This document shows, piece by piece, positions 11,917 to 20,506 of a stretch of 64,000 nucleotides of DNA. Both the position numbers and the translations under genes were made by a program. Source of the DNA: Bacillota bacterium (GTDB lineage Bacteria > Bacillota > Sulfobacillia > DUMF01); NCBI GenBank assembly GCA_049718765.1, contig JBNARI010000001.1, positions 109,697 through 173,696 of the forward strand. The letters are read 5' to 3'. The notes under the pieces are model-generated. The model was not told the origin of the DNA. It did not search any database and saw only the letters and a program-made list of their open reading frames with translations. How positions within the stretch are numbered: the stretch's first letter is position 1; each line of letters opens with the position of its first letter.

Positions 11917-11943
11917 TGGCGGCAGGATGATTGCCGCTTTTTC
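11917..11943 (+). terminator. rho-independent terminator after the ABC/zinc-ribbon operon
   Basis: GGCGGCAGG-atga-TTGCCGC stem-loop followed by TTTTTCATT. Confidence 0.5.
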
Positions 11944-12018
11944 ATTATGTTTGATCCAGGGGCTGTTATTTAGTGCTGTATAATATTGCCGTGACTTGAC
12001 AGACTGGGATCGCAGGCC

Positions 12019-15000
12019 TTGGGGGGAGGGAACATGGGGGAAGCGATTGCCAGTTTGAAGGCAACCCTTGAACAAGCGCGCCAACGCTGCTTGGAGGCTG
12101 AAAGGACAGCTGATGAACTGAGAAAGGCCATGCATGCTCTTGAAGGCCTGGTGAAGTCCCTGGCAACGGATTCCCTGACGAGCAGTGACGAAGTATGTAT
12201 TACAGTGCTTGACTGGGTGCTTGGGTGCCTGGGCTTGGAGATGGGAGCAGTGTGGCTTGGAGAGCGCTGGGCCCACAGGGGAATCTCAGAGCCGTTGAAA
12301 GTGATAGCCGCGATGGGCCAAGCCCCAGCGGTGCAAGTGGTAGCTGACTGGACCAAAGTGGAGCCAGAGTCGGCTGCGCTCTGGCCTGTGAGGCTCGCGA
12401 TGGAAGGCCTGGACATTCGGGCTTCGATTGGGGTAACAGTGGAGCACAAAGGGGCTTGGGGCGGCGTGGTTGTGTGCTCGAGGGAGCCTCGCCAGTGGAA
12501 GGAGGCGGAGGTGGCCCCTGTGGAAATGGCCGCTTCAGTGCTCGGGCTGGGTGCCTGGATTGAAAAAGTGGTTGGTCGCTGGTCCAGCGCTAACCGGGCC
12601 GCTCGCGTGCTAGCAAGGTGCGCCGAGTTGCTGGTGGGGGCAGAAGACGAAACCAGCTTGTTCCAGCAGGTGTGCGGCCTCTTGGTAGATGAGGGCGGCT
12701 ACAGGTTGGCTTGGGTGGGGCTCGCTGAACCCGAGCACAGGACCGTAGTTCCGGTAGCGTGGGCGGGGGAGGAAGGCGGCTACCTTAGGGGATTGCGGGT
12801 TACATGGGATGACTCGGAGTTGGGGCGCGGTCCTACCGGCACGGCCATCCGAACTGGAAAGCCCGTTTCCGTTAAGGACGTGGAAACACACCCAGAGTAT
12901 TCTCCATGGCGCCAAGAGGCCAGGAAACGAGGTTACGGTTCCTCAATTGCACTGCCGTTGAGCGTGGGCGGAGTTACGATAGGAGCCTTAAACGTTTACG
13001 CGGCCCGATCCGACGTCTTCTCTCCGGAAGAAACTGAACTGTTGGTTAGATTAGCGGACAACTTGTCCCTTGGCATTAGGGTTCTCCGGGACAAGCGGGC
13101 GCTTGACCAAAGCGAGCTGCGGTATCGGAAGCTGGTGGAGTAGTCATCCAGTTCGATCCTAGTGCTTGACATGACCGGGCGGGTACTTGACGCAAACCCC
13201 AGGGCTTGCGCCATGACAGGGCGTTCCCTGGAGGAAATAAGGCATGTGAACCTGTTCGAGCTGTTTTGCGGCGAGGCGCCAGACCCTGAGAAAGTCTTGG
13301 CACAGCTCAGGTCAGGGCAAGGGGTGAGCTTTGAGACTGAGATCAAAGCGCGGGACGGGGCGATCACCTTTGTGGAAGTGAATGCCGGACCGATTGACGG
13401 TGGCCTGTGGCACGCCGTACTGCGGGACATAACCCTGCGAAAGCAAATGGAAGGGGAAATCAGGTGGCAAGCGGCGCGGGCTGAGGCGCTCCTCAAGGTG
13501 GCCTCACGACTCGCTGCCCAGGTTGACCTTGAGCAAAGGCTGAAGGCTGTGTGCGAAGAGGTGTGCGAGGTGCTCAGGGTGCCTGTGAGCGCGGTGTTGC
13601 TTTACGACGAGGCGATGGATGGCTACCATGTAGCCTGGTGCAGTGGGCTGCCCAGTGGTTTCACAAGCCAACTTGGCCTTGTGCCCAGGGCGGAGTTCGA
13701 CGGTCTTGTGAAGGGGGCGGGTTCGCCAGTGGTGGTTGCGGATATGGGCAAGGCAATCACCGGGAGGGTTGCAGCTCTGTGCCAGGAATTGGGGCTTTAT
13801 AGCTGCGCGGTGGTGCGGATGGACAGGGGCGCAGTGCCAGTTGGAGCTTTGGCCGTTGCTTCTTTGGGCGCTCCTAGGGAGTTTGGGCCCATGGAGCTCA
13901 GCTTGCTTCAGGGCATTGCCGACCAGGCTGTCCAAGCGATAGTCAACGCCAAGCTTTACCACCAGTCCCAGCGCCAGTTACGCCAGCTTCAGGTGCTGCG
14001 CAGGATTGACATGGCCATCACTGGCAGCATGGACGTTCGGGTGGTGTTGGGCGTCATCCTGGACGAGGTTACCAGCTACCTGGGGCTGGAGCGGTGCTGC
14101 TCCTCAACCCACACACCCAGTTTCTCGAGTACTCTGCTTGGCGTGGATTCAAAACAGCCCTCCCAGAGAAAACTGGGGTGCGCCTGGGGGAGGAATACGC
14201 TGGTCAGGTCGCCCTCAGCCAGAGGCTGCTGTTTGCAGCCATCCCCACAGAGGCAAGGTCAAGTTCTCCCCAAGTAAAGGCGCTGGCCACCGAAGGGTTT
14301 TCCAGCTACCTGGGTGCGCCCCTCACCGCAAAGGGCAAAGTGGTCGGGGTGCTCGAGGTATTGAGCCGTCAGGTGCTTTCCCCAAACAGGTCTTGGATTG
14401 AATTCCTTGAGACCTTTGCCAGGCAAACTGCCATTGCCATAGACAATATGGTCATGTTCGAACAAGTGCAGAGGTCTCACAACGAGCTGATTGCGGCTTA
14501 CGAGGCTACCATCGAGGGTTGGGCCTATGCGCTGGACTTGCGGGACAGGGAAACTGAAGGCCACAGCAGAAGGGTCACTGAAATCACCGTGAGGCTTGCC
14601 CGCAAGATGGGCATGAGAGAGGACGAGCTGGTGCACGTTCGCCGTGGCGCTCTGCTCCACGACATCGGCAAACTGGGCGTTCCTGACAGCATTCTGCTGA
14701 AGCCTGGGCGCCTTAGCGAAGAGGAATGGCAAATCATGAGGAAGCACCCCCAGTTCGCCCGCGACATGCTCTGGAGCATAAGTTACCTGCGGCCTGCCCT
14801 GGACATCCCGTACTGCCACCACGAAAGGTGGGACGGCACGGGCTATCCCAGGGGGCTTCGGGGAGAGGAAATACCTCTTGCCGCAAGGATATTCGCCGTG
14901 GTTGATGTGTGGGACGCCTTGAGCTCCGATCGCCCCTACAGGAGCGCCTGGCCACGGGAACAGGTGAGGGATTACATCCTGAAACAGTCTGGTAAGCATT

Positions 15001-15050
15001 TTGATCCGCGGGTAGTCAGCTTGTTCTTGAAGGAGCTTGACCAGTTGTGA
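12019..15050 (+). pseudogene. disrupted multi-domain c-di-GMP phosphodiesterase gene (GAF-GAF / PAS-GAF / GAF-HD-GYP), broken by an in-frame TAG and a -1 frameshift
   Basis: Three ORF fragments (12019/12034..13143; 13162..14277; 14094..15050). The first two share a frame and are separated only by a TAG at 13141–13143 that falls inside a PAS N-terminus (…SELRYRKLVE*SSSSILVLDMTGRVLDANP). Around 14091–14096 the GAF continuity (…VTSYLGLER | VLLLNPHTQ…) requires a +1 G inserted in a short GG run. The C-terminal fragment carries HD-GYP motifs (HDIGK, HHERWDGTGYP). The intact paralogue lies immediately downstream. Confidence 0.55.
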
Positions 15051-17143
15051 GGAGCAAAGGATTGCCACGGGAGGTTCTCCGTGAAGGGCTGCAGCAAGTC
15101 CAGCAAAGCATGGCAAGGGCCCTCGGGATTTGGCTGGAGTTCGTTGGGCCCAACGGGGAATACATAACCGAAGTTTCCAACATGAGTGGGCTTTGCGCCA
15201 TGCTCCATCACGTAGCCGCTTGTGGGGCAAAGTGCGATTCCCTGCACAAAGAGTACGCTCTGGCCGCGGCGTCGGCTGGTGAGGTTGTGACTCGCCGGTG
15301 CTATGCGGGACTGACGTGCGTGGCGGTTCCCGTTCGCCTGTCTGGAGAAGTGGTGGCGGTAGCCGTGGGCGGAGGGATTGTGACCGGGGAAGGGTACGAC
15401 GGAGATTTGGAGGCACTTACCCGGGAGACAGGTTTGGACCCGGAAGGGCTTAGGGAAGCTTCAACCCGGGCTCCACGGATGGCCCACGAGAAGCTGAGGA
15501 TGGTGATGGGCATGGTGCAGGAGGTGAGCGGCACTGTTGTACAGCTGCTCAGGGCAAAGCACGAGTACGAGGGCAGAGAGAACCAGCTCAGGGCGTTGCT
15601 TGAGTTTGGCAAGAACGTTTCGAGCAGCCTGGATGTGGCTGAGGTGGCTCGCAGGGCCCTCGAGTCGGTGCTCAGCCTGACTGGTGCGAGCAGCGGCTCC
15701 GTTATGATGCTGAGCGAAGACTTGACAGGTACTCGCTTGTCCGAGCTGGCTGCGTCTGTGAGCTCTCCAGGCGAGGGGGACGTGGTGCCTTCGGGAGAGC
15801 TTGTGGCGGTCGTGGGGGAAAGGAGCTGCCCGGTAAGGTTCGATAGCCGGCCAGATGGTCCCACGCCCGAAGAGAGGAAGCCCGGGGTGGCATTGCCCTT
15901 GGTGGTGGGCGGACGCGTGACCGGCGTCATGACCTTGGCAGGCAAGCCCGGGGGAGCGAGCTTTGCTGACGACGAAGTGGATTTCCTGGGAACGCTGGGG
16001 ACGAGCCTTGGCTTAGCCCTTGAGAACGCGCGGCTGTTCCGCACCCTTGAGTCCAGAGCTGCTATGCTGGAACGCCTCATAGACGTGGGCAGGCTTGTGA
16101 GCAGGAGCCTTGACAAAGAGACAGTGGTCAGGTCTGCTTTGGAGAGCGTGAGGGATGTGCTTGGGGCTGAGCGTTGTGCGCTGTATCTGGTGGACGAAGT
16201 CACTGGAGAGCTTGTGCTTCAAGGCAGCCTTGGCCTGCAGAGGCCCGGGTCCCTTGCCACTAGGGTGAAGGCCAGAGGCGGCATAATTGCCAAGGTTATG
16301 GGTGCAGCCGAACCTGTGGTGATAATGGACTTGACTGGCGAAGAGGTCAAGCCCATTGCGCGCAGCGCTGGTGAAGCCCAGGGGCTGGCGCTGGTGCCCG
16401 TGCGCGCTGGTGGCAAAGTTCTGGGGATCCTGGTAGCTTCTTGCGCAACTCCACGCCAGTGGAGCAAAGAAGAGCTTGGCTACCTGCTGATAGTCGCCAA
16501 CCAGGCGGGTCTTGCCCTGGAGAACGCCCGCCTTTACAGCTCTTTGCGGGATTACTACTTTAGCGCAGTGCAGTCCCTTGCCACAGCGCTTGAAGCCAAG
16601 GACATGTACACAAGGGGACATTCCCAGAGGGTGGCGCTTTGGGCCCGAGCCTGCGCAAAGCAACTTGGGCTCAGCGCCGAAGAACAAGAGCAGGTGTTCA
16701 TAGCTGGGCTGCTCCACGACGTTGGCAAGATTGGGGTGCGTGAGGCAGTGCTGCAAAAAAGGGGTGCGCTGGATGGCCAGGAGCGCAGGGAAATGCAACA
16801 ACATCCCGTCATTGGAAGCCGCATCCTGGAACCTGCCAAGTTCCCGCCTCCAGTGGTTGCAGCGGTGAAGCACCACCATGAGGATTACGGGGGAGGCGGA
16901 TACCCAGAAGGCATTGCTGGTGAAAACATCCCTCTGCTTGCCCGGATCATAAGGGTGGCAGATGCTTACGATGCGATGACTTCAGCGAGGCCGTACCGCG
17001 CTGCTATGGACCCTGCAAAAGCCCGCCAGGAACTTGTGGCGGGGTCGGGCAAGCAATTTGACCCCCGGGTGGTAGAGGCTTTCCTCAACATCGATCCCGA
17101 GGAAATGTGGCGTATCGGTGCCATGCGGTGGCCTTCCCAGTGA
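15047..17143 (+). CDS. PocR-sensor / GAF-GAF / HD-GYP domain c-di-GMP phosphodiesterase
   Basis: 698 aa. The N-terminal PocR-type sensory domain has conserved Cys and RRCYAGLTCVAVPV…GGGIV. Two GAF domains. C-terminal HD-GYP: LLHDVGKIGV, HHEDYGGGGYP. GTG start overlaps the upstream stop (GTGA). Confidence 0.85.
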   Translation: MRSKGLPREVLREGLQQVQQSMARALGIWLEFVGPNGEYITEVSNMSGLCAMLHHVAACGAKCDSLHKEYALAAASAGEVVTRRCYAGLTCVAVPVRLSGEVVAVAVGGGIVTGEGYDGDLEALTRETGLDPEGLREASTRAPRMAHEKLRMVMGMVQEVSGTVVQLLRAKHEYEGRENQLRALLEFGKNVSSSLDVAEVARRALESVLSLTGASSGSVMMLSEDLTGTRLSELAASVSSPGEGDVVPSGELVAVVGERSCPVRFDSRPDGPTPEERKPGVALPLVVGGRVTGVMTLAGKPGGASFADDEVDFLGTLGTSLGLALENARLFRTLESRAAMLERLIDVGRLVSRSLDKETVVRSALESVRDVLGAERCALYLVDEVTGELVLQGSLGLQRPGSLATRVKARGGIIAKVMGAAEPVVIMDLTGEEVKPIARSAGEAQGLALVPVRAGGKVLGILVASCATPRQWSKEELGYLLIVANQAGLALENARLYSSLRDYYFSAVQSLATALEAKDMYTRGHSQRVALWARACAKQLGLSAEEQEQVFIAGLLHDVGKIGVREAVLQKRGALDGQERREMQQHPVIGSRILEPAKFPPPVVAAVKHHHEDYGGGGYPEGIAGENIPLLARIIRVADAYDAMTSARPYRAAMDPAKARQELVAGSGKQFDPRVVEAFLNIDPEEMWRIGAMRWPSQ

Positions 17144-17148
17144 AGTGC

Positions 17149-18417
17149 TCAGGCTTCTGGCTCCTCATGGCGGTCAAGGAGCTGCTCCAGCAAGATGCAA
17201 GAGATTGCTGCGACTATTACGGAAAACCTGCCTATTCCCAGGCCAGACAGCACGCTAAAGCCGATCACGATGGCCCTTCTTGAAGTGATGGGCGTTGCAC
17301 ACACTTCCTGCAAGGCCAGGGAAAACATGTTGCACATTGCTGCAAATGCCCCCGCGCTGGCAACCCCGACGGGGATAGTGGCTACTGCGGAGATCAGAGG
17401 CTTGAGGAGACCAAGCGCTGCAAGAAACACGCAGCCCAGCAAATAGGGCAACCGGGCTGCCACACCTGTCATGCGGATTATTGCTGCAGAAGCCGGCCAA
17501 CTCACGGTTCCTACGCCGCCCATCATCCCTGACAGGGACTGGGCAAGACCATTGACCATTATCCCCTTGGCCCAAAGGCCCATATCGGAACGGTCGAGAC
17601 CGATGGCCGATTCTACTACTGCCATGGAAACGATGGTGTTTGGGAGGAACACGAAGTAGCCAAGCACTAGCATCGCAGCTGTGTACGGCTCCAATGAGGG
17701 CAATCCCCAGCTGAAGAACAGCGGCTCAGCCTTAACCACTGAGGGCAGGGGTGCAGAGAGCCCGCAAACTATTGAAATCGCCCAGCCAGTGACCAGCCCA
17801 GTAAGGAGCGACAGGCTTTTGGCCAACCTGTTGCTGCACAGCGAAAGGGAAAACACAACGAACACAACCACCGAGGAAACCCCAGCTAATAGAGGATGGA
17901 AACGCCCGTCGGAACCTCTTGTCATGCTGTTCACAAGGGGTTGACACACCTGCAATACAGCCATCATCAGCACTACTCCGCGCACTGTTGGCGTAAACAA
18001 CCGGGCGATACGAGGACCAAGTCCTAGCAATGCGGCACCAGCGATCACAATGCCCGCAAGGATTAGGCCTCCCTGAATTTGAGCCATCAACTTTTGTACT
18101 GGCAGGCCAATTGCGCGGGCCCGTTCTGCCAGGGGGATAATGTAACCCCAGCAGAACACTGCTGAAGCCTCGATGGCAGGCAACTTGTGGCCTATGGTTG
18201 CCTGGGCCAAACTTGCCACTCCCGAGACCACCAGCAAACGCTGGAGAAACGCAACGGTTTGAGCAGGGCTAAGCTCTAAGACGGGACCAAGCACAAGGGC
18301 GGTAGAGAAGATAGGACCCACTGCGAACAGGAGCCACTGCACAGCGTATGCTAGCAACCTGGGGAACGGAGGACTGTCGTCTAGGGAGTAAAGCAACTGG
18401 TGTTTAGAGTTTTCCAT
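17149..18417 (-). CDS. polytopic membrane transporter, putatively NCS2 (xanthine/uracil permease)-like
   Basis: 422 aa, about 12 predicted transmembrane segments. Central NGLAQSLSGMMGGVGTVSW…TGVAARLPYLLG…IPVGVASAGAFAAM resembles the NCS2 core. Family call is tentative. Convergent with the HD-GYP gene, with only a 5-nt gap. Confidence 0.5.
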   Translation of the reverse strand: MENSKHQLLYSLDDSPPFPRLLAYAVQWLLFAVGPIFSTALVLGPVLELSPAQTVAFLQRLLVVSGVASLAQATIGHKLPAIEASAVFCWGYIIPLAERARAIGLPVQKLMAQIQGGLILAGIVIAGAALLGLGPRIARLFTPTVRGVVLMMAVLQVCQPLVNSMTRGSDGRFHPLLAGVSSVVVFVVFSLSLCSNRLAKSLSLLTGLVTGWAISIVCGLSAPLPSVVKAEPLFFSWGLPSLEPYTAAMLVLGYFVFLPNTIVSMAVVESAIGLDRSDMGLWAKGIMVNGLAQSLSGMMGGVGTVSWPASAAIIRMTGVAARLPYLLGCVFLAALGLLKPLISAVATIPVGVASAGAFAAMCNMFSLALQEVCATPITSRRAIVIGFSVLSGLGIGRFSVIVAAISCILLEQLLDRHEEPEA

Positions 18418-18609
18418 GACTTCGTTTCACCCACTCCACTTAATTTGAGTACAACCCTTGCGCCGAGTCAAGTCAGGCCTGGGTCGGGGTCAGCCCACAA
18501 GCACATCTTCCTGTTCCGGGATATGGGAAAATGGCAAAAGCAGGAAAAAACTAACAGATGTCTAAGATACTTGTTGGCTGGGAATGATGTACACTGGGGG
18601 TATTGTGAA

Positions 18610-19248
18610 ATGAGAGGGACGCGGTTGGTGCTTACTGTGGCAGTGGGGATCATGGTGACGTTATTGACCTTGGAGGGATCGCCTTCAAAGTCGTGGGCGG
18701 CCCACTTTGGATACAGGGAACTGGCAGAGGGCATGACGGGGGAAGACGTGTGCAACTTGCAAATCGTGCTGCAGCAGTTGGGCTACTACTCTGGGGAAGT
18801 GAGCGGTCGCATGGACGGCGCTACAAAGCAGGCAGTATTTCGATTCCAGCTGGAAAGCGGGCTGAAGCCCACTGGAAAGGTGGACGGGGAGTGCTTGAAG
18901 CTCCTGAGTCGTCTGTGGGAGGGATATTCCCTTGTCCTGGAAGGTTACCAGGTGAGCACTGGAGAAACGCTAGAAACAATCGCCAGAAACTGGCAGGTGC
19001 CTGTGGGACTGATCAAGCAGCTCAACCGCCTAGGCGATGAGGCCATTGTGGCAGGGCAGCGCCTTATCCTGCCTGTACCAGGGTTCGTGTTGTACCGGGT
19101 AGAAAAGGGAGACACGTTGTGGAAGATTGCCAGGAAATACGGGGTTTCTGTCGAAAACATAGTAAGGTGGAACAAGGTGCCCAACCCCAACAGGATCCTG
19201 GTTGGAGAACTCTTGCTCATATTCGCTGAAGACACGGAAGGGGGTTGA
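18610..19248 (+). CDS. secreted peptidoglycan-binding protein (PG_binding_1 domain plus two LysM domains)
   Basis: Signal-peptide-like N-terminus MRGTRLVLTVAVGIMVTLLTL. PG-binding repeat (VLQQLGYYSGEVSGRMDGATKQAVFRFQ) and two LysM motifs (YQVSTGETLETIARNWQV…, YRVEKGDTLWKIARKYGVS…). The longer track ORF from 18400 is an upstream extension. Confidence 0.8.
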   Translation: MRGTRLVLTVAVGIMVTLLTLEGSPSKSWAAHFGYRELAEGMTGEDVCNLQIVLQQLGYYSGEVSGRMDGATKQAVFRFQLESGLKPTGKVDGECLKLLSRLWEGYSLVLEGYQVSTGETLETIARNWQVPVGLIKQLNRLGDEAIVAGQRLILPVPGFVLYRVEKGDTLWKIARKYGVSVENIVRWNKVPNPNRILVGELLLIFAEDTEGG

Positions 19249-19252
19249 AAAG

Positions 19253-20506
19253 GTGCTGACGGTGGTTCCGCCCTGGCAAGCCCTGGAGCTGGTCATTCCC
19301 CATATAAAGGCCCTGGACAAGCAGCGTGAAGCAGAGGACGTTGAGGTTTCCCAAGCAGTGGGCAGGGTGATTGCCCAAGGGGTGGAATGCCCCAAGGACG
19401 TACCACATTTCACCAGGTCTTCGGTGGACGGGTACGCGGTGAGGGCTGCCGACACCTTTGGCGCAAGTGAGAGCGTGCCAGCGCTTCTCAGGCTTACTGG
19501 TCGGGTAGAAATGGGCAGGGCTGCAGGGTCAATTGAGCCAGGGTGCGCCCATGAGATTCCCACAGGTGGCATGTTGCCCCAAGGCGCAGATGCTGTGGTG
19601 ATGGTTGAACATTCGGAGCAGGTTGGGAGTGGAACTGTTGCTGTGTATTCCAGCGTTGCGCCTGGGGAAAACGTGCTGTGTATGGGAGAGGATTTTGCAG
19701 CCGGGCAGGCGGTGGTGCCCGAAGGGAGGCGCCTCAGGCCTGTTGATGTGGCTGCCATTGCTGCGTGTGGCATAGCCAGGGTGAAAGTGTACAGACCTCT
19801 CAGGGTGGCGGTGATTTCCACTGGGGACGAACTCCAACCTCCAGGAGGTGAGCTTTCAGCTGGCCAAGTGTATGATATTAATGGGTTTGCGTTATGTGCG
19901 ATGATACATAACGACCACATGGTGCCCGTTTTCCAGGGTATTGTGCGCGACTGTGCGGAGGCCATAGCCACGGAGCTCCGGAGGGCGCTTGAAGAGTGCG
20001 ACGGCGTGCTGGTGACCGGGGGTACATCTGCAGGCGCCAGGGATGTGCTGGCAGGAGTGATTGACGCACTTGGCGAGCCAGGTGTGATCGTGCACGGGCT
20101 TGCCATAAGGCCTGGCAAGCCCACGGTACTCGGGGCGGTGCAGGGGAAGCCCGTGCTTGGGCTGGCCGGGCATCCCGCGTCTGCCATGGTGGTGTACGAG
20201 GTAGTGGCGCGCCCGCTGCTGATGCACATGGCGGGGTGGAGGAAAGGATCGAACCCCGAAGTGCCCCGCTTGTTTGCCAGACTCACGCGCCCCATTTCCT
20301 CGCGGCCTGGTAGGGAAGATTACGTGCGCTGTTTGCTCCGGAGTGATGGCACGGAGGTACTTGCAGAACCCCTGTTGGGGAAATCGGGACTTGTAAGTAC
20401 CATGGTTGGGGCTTCGGCGTACATCAAGGTGCCTTTCGAAAAGGAGGGTTGTGCCGCCGGAGAAATGGTGGAAGTGATATTGTCCGCGGCGGCAACATGG
20501 CTATGA
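19253..20506 (+). CDS. moeA: molybdopterin molybdenumtransferase MoeA
   Basis: MoeA N- and C-terminal domains with the GTSAGARD…GLAIRPGKP…GLAGHPASA motifs. GTG at 19253 after GGAAGGGGG; the track ORF begins at an upstream TTG at 19202. Confidence 0.85.
   Translation: MLTVVPPWQALELVIPHIKALDKQREAEDVEVSQAVGRVIAQGVECPKDVPHFTRSSVDGYAVRAADTFGASESVPALLRLTGRVEMGRAAGSIEPGCAHEIPTGGMLPQGADAVVMVEHSEQVGSGTVAVYSSVAPGENVLCMGEDFAAGQAVVPEGRRLRPVDVAAIAACGIARVKVYRPLRVAVISTGDELQPPGGELSAGQVYDINGFALCAMIHNDHMVPVFQGIVRDCAEAIATELRRALEECDGVLVTGGTSAGARDVLAGVIDALGEPGVIVHGLAIRPGKPTVLGAVQGKPVLGLAGHPASAMVVYEVVARPLLMHMAGWRKGSNPEVPRLFARLTRPISSRPGREDYVRCLLRSDGTEVLAEPLLGKSGLVSTMVGASAYIKVPFEKEGCAAGEMVEVILSAAATWL

Noticed and set aside
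11758-11973. 71-aa ORF from the track
   Set aside because: No ribosome-binding site, it runs through a clear intrinsic terminator, and its translation shows no motifs. The alternative-frame 35-aa zinc-ribbon ORF has a ribosome-binding site, CxxC pairs and a terminator.
13141-13143. In-frame TAG as a pyrrolysine or other recoded codon
   Set aside because: No pyl genes are in this window, and the same gene also carries a homopolymer frameshift. A pseudogene or sequencing error is more parsimonious. This cannot be excluded without the rest of the genome.
19030-20295. 421-aa minus-strand ORF (and similar long antisense ORFs at 15301–16203, 16013–16879, 21502–22446, 43755–44981, 45634–46296, 46458–47366, 47984–48550, 54588–55540, 61755–63935)
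   Set aside because: Each lies antisense to a well-supported conserved gene (moeA, HD-GYP, pur genes, permease, GRE). The translations are low-complexity Ala/Pro/Arg/Ser-rich without recognisable motifs, which is typical of stop-poor antisense frames in roughly 60% GC DNA.
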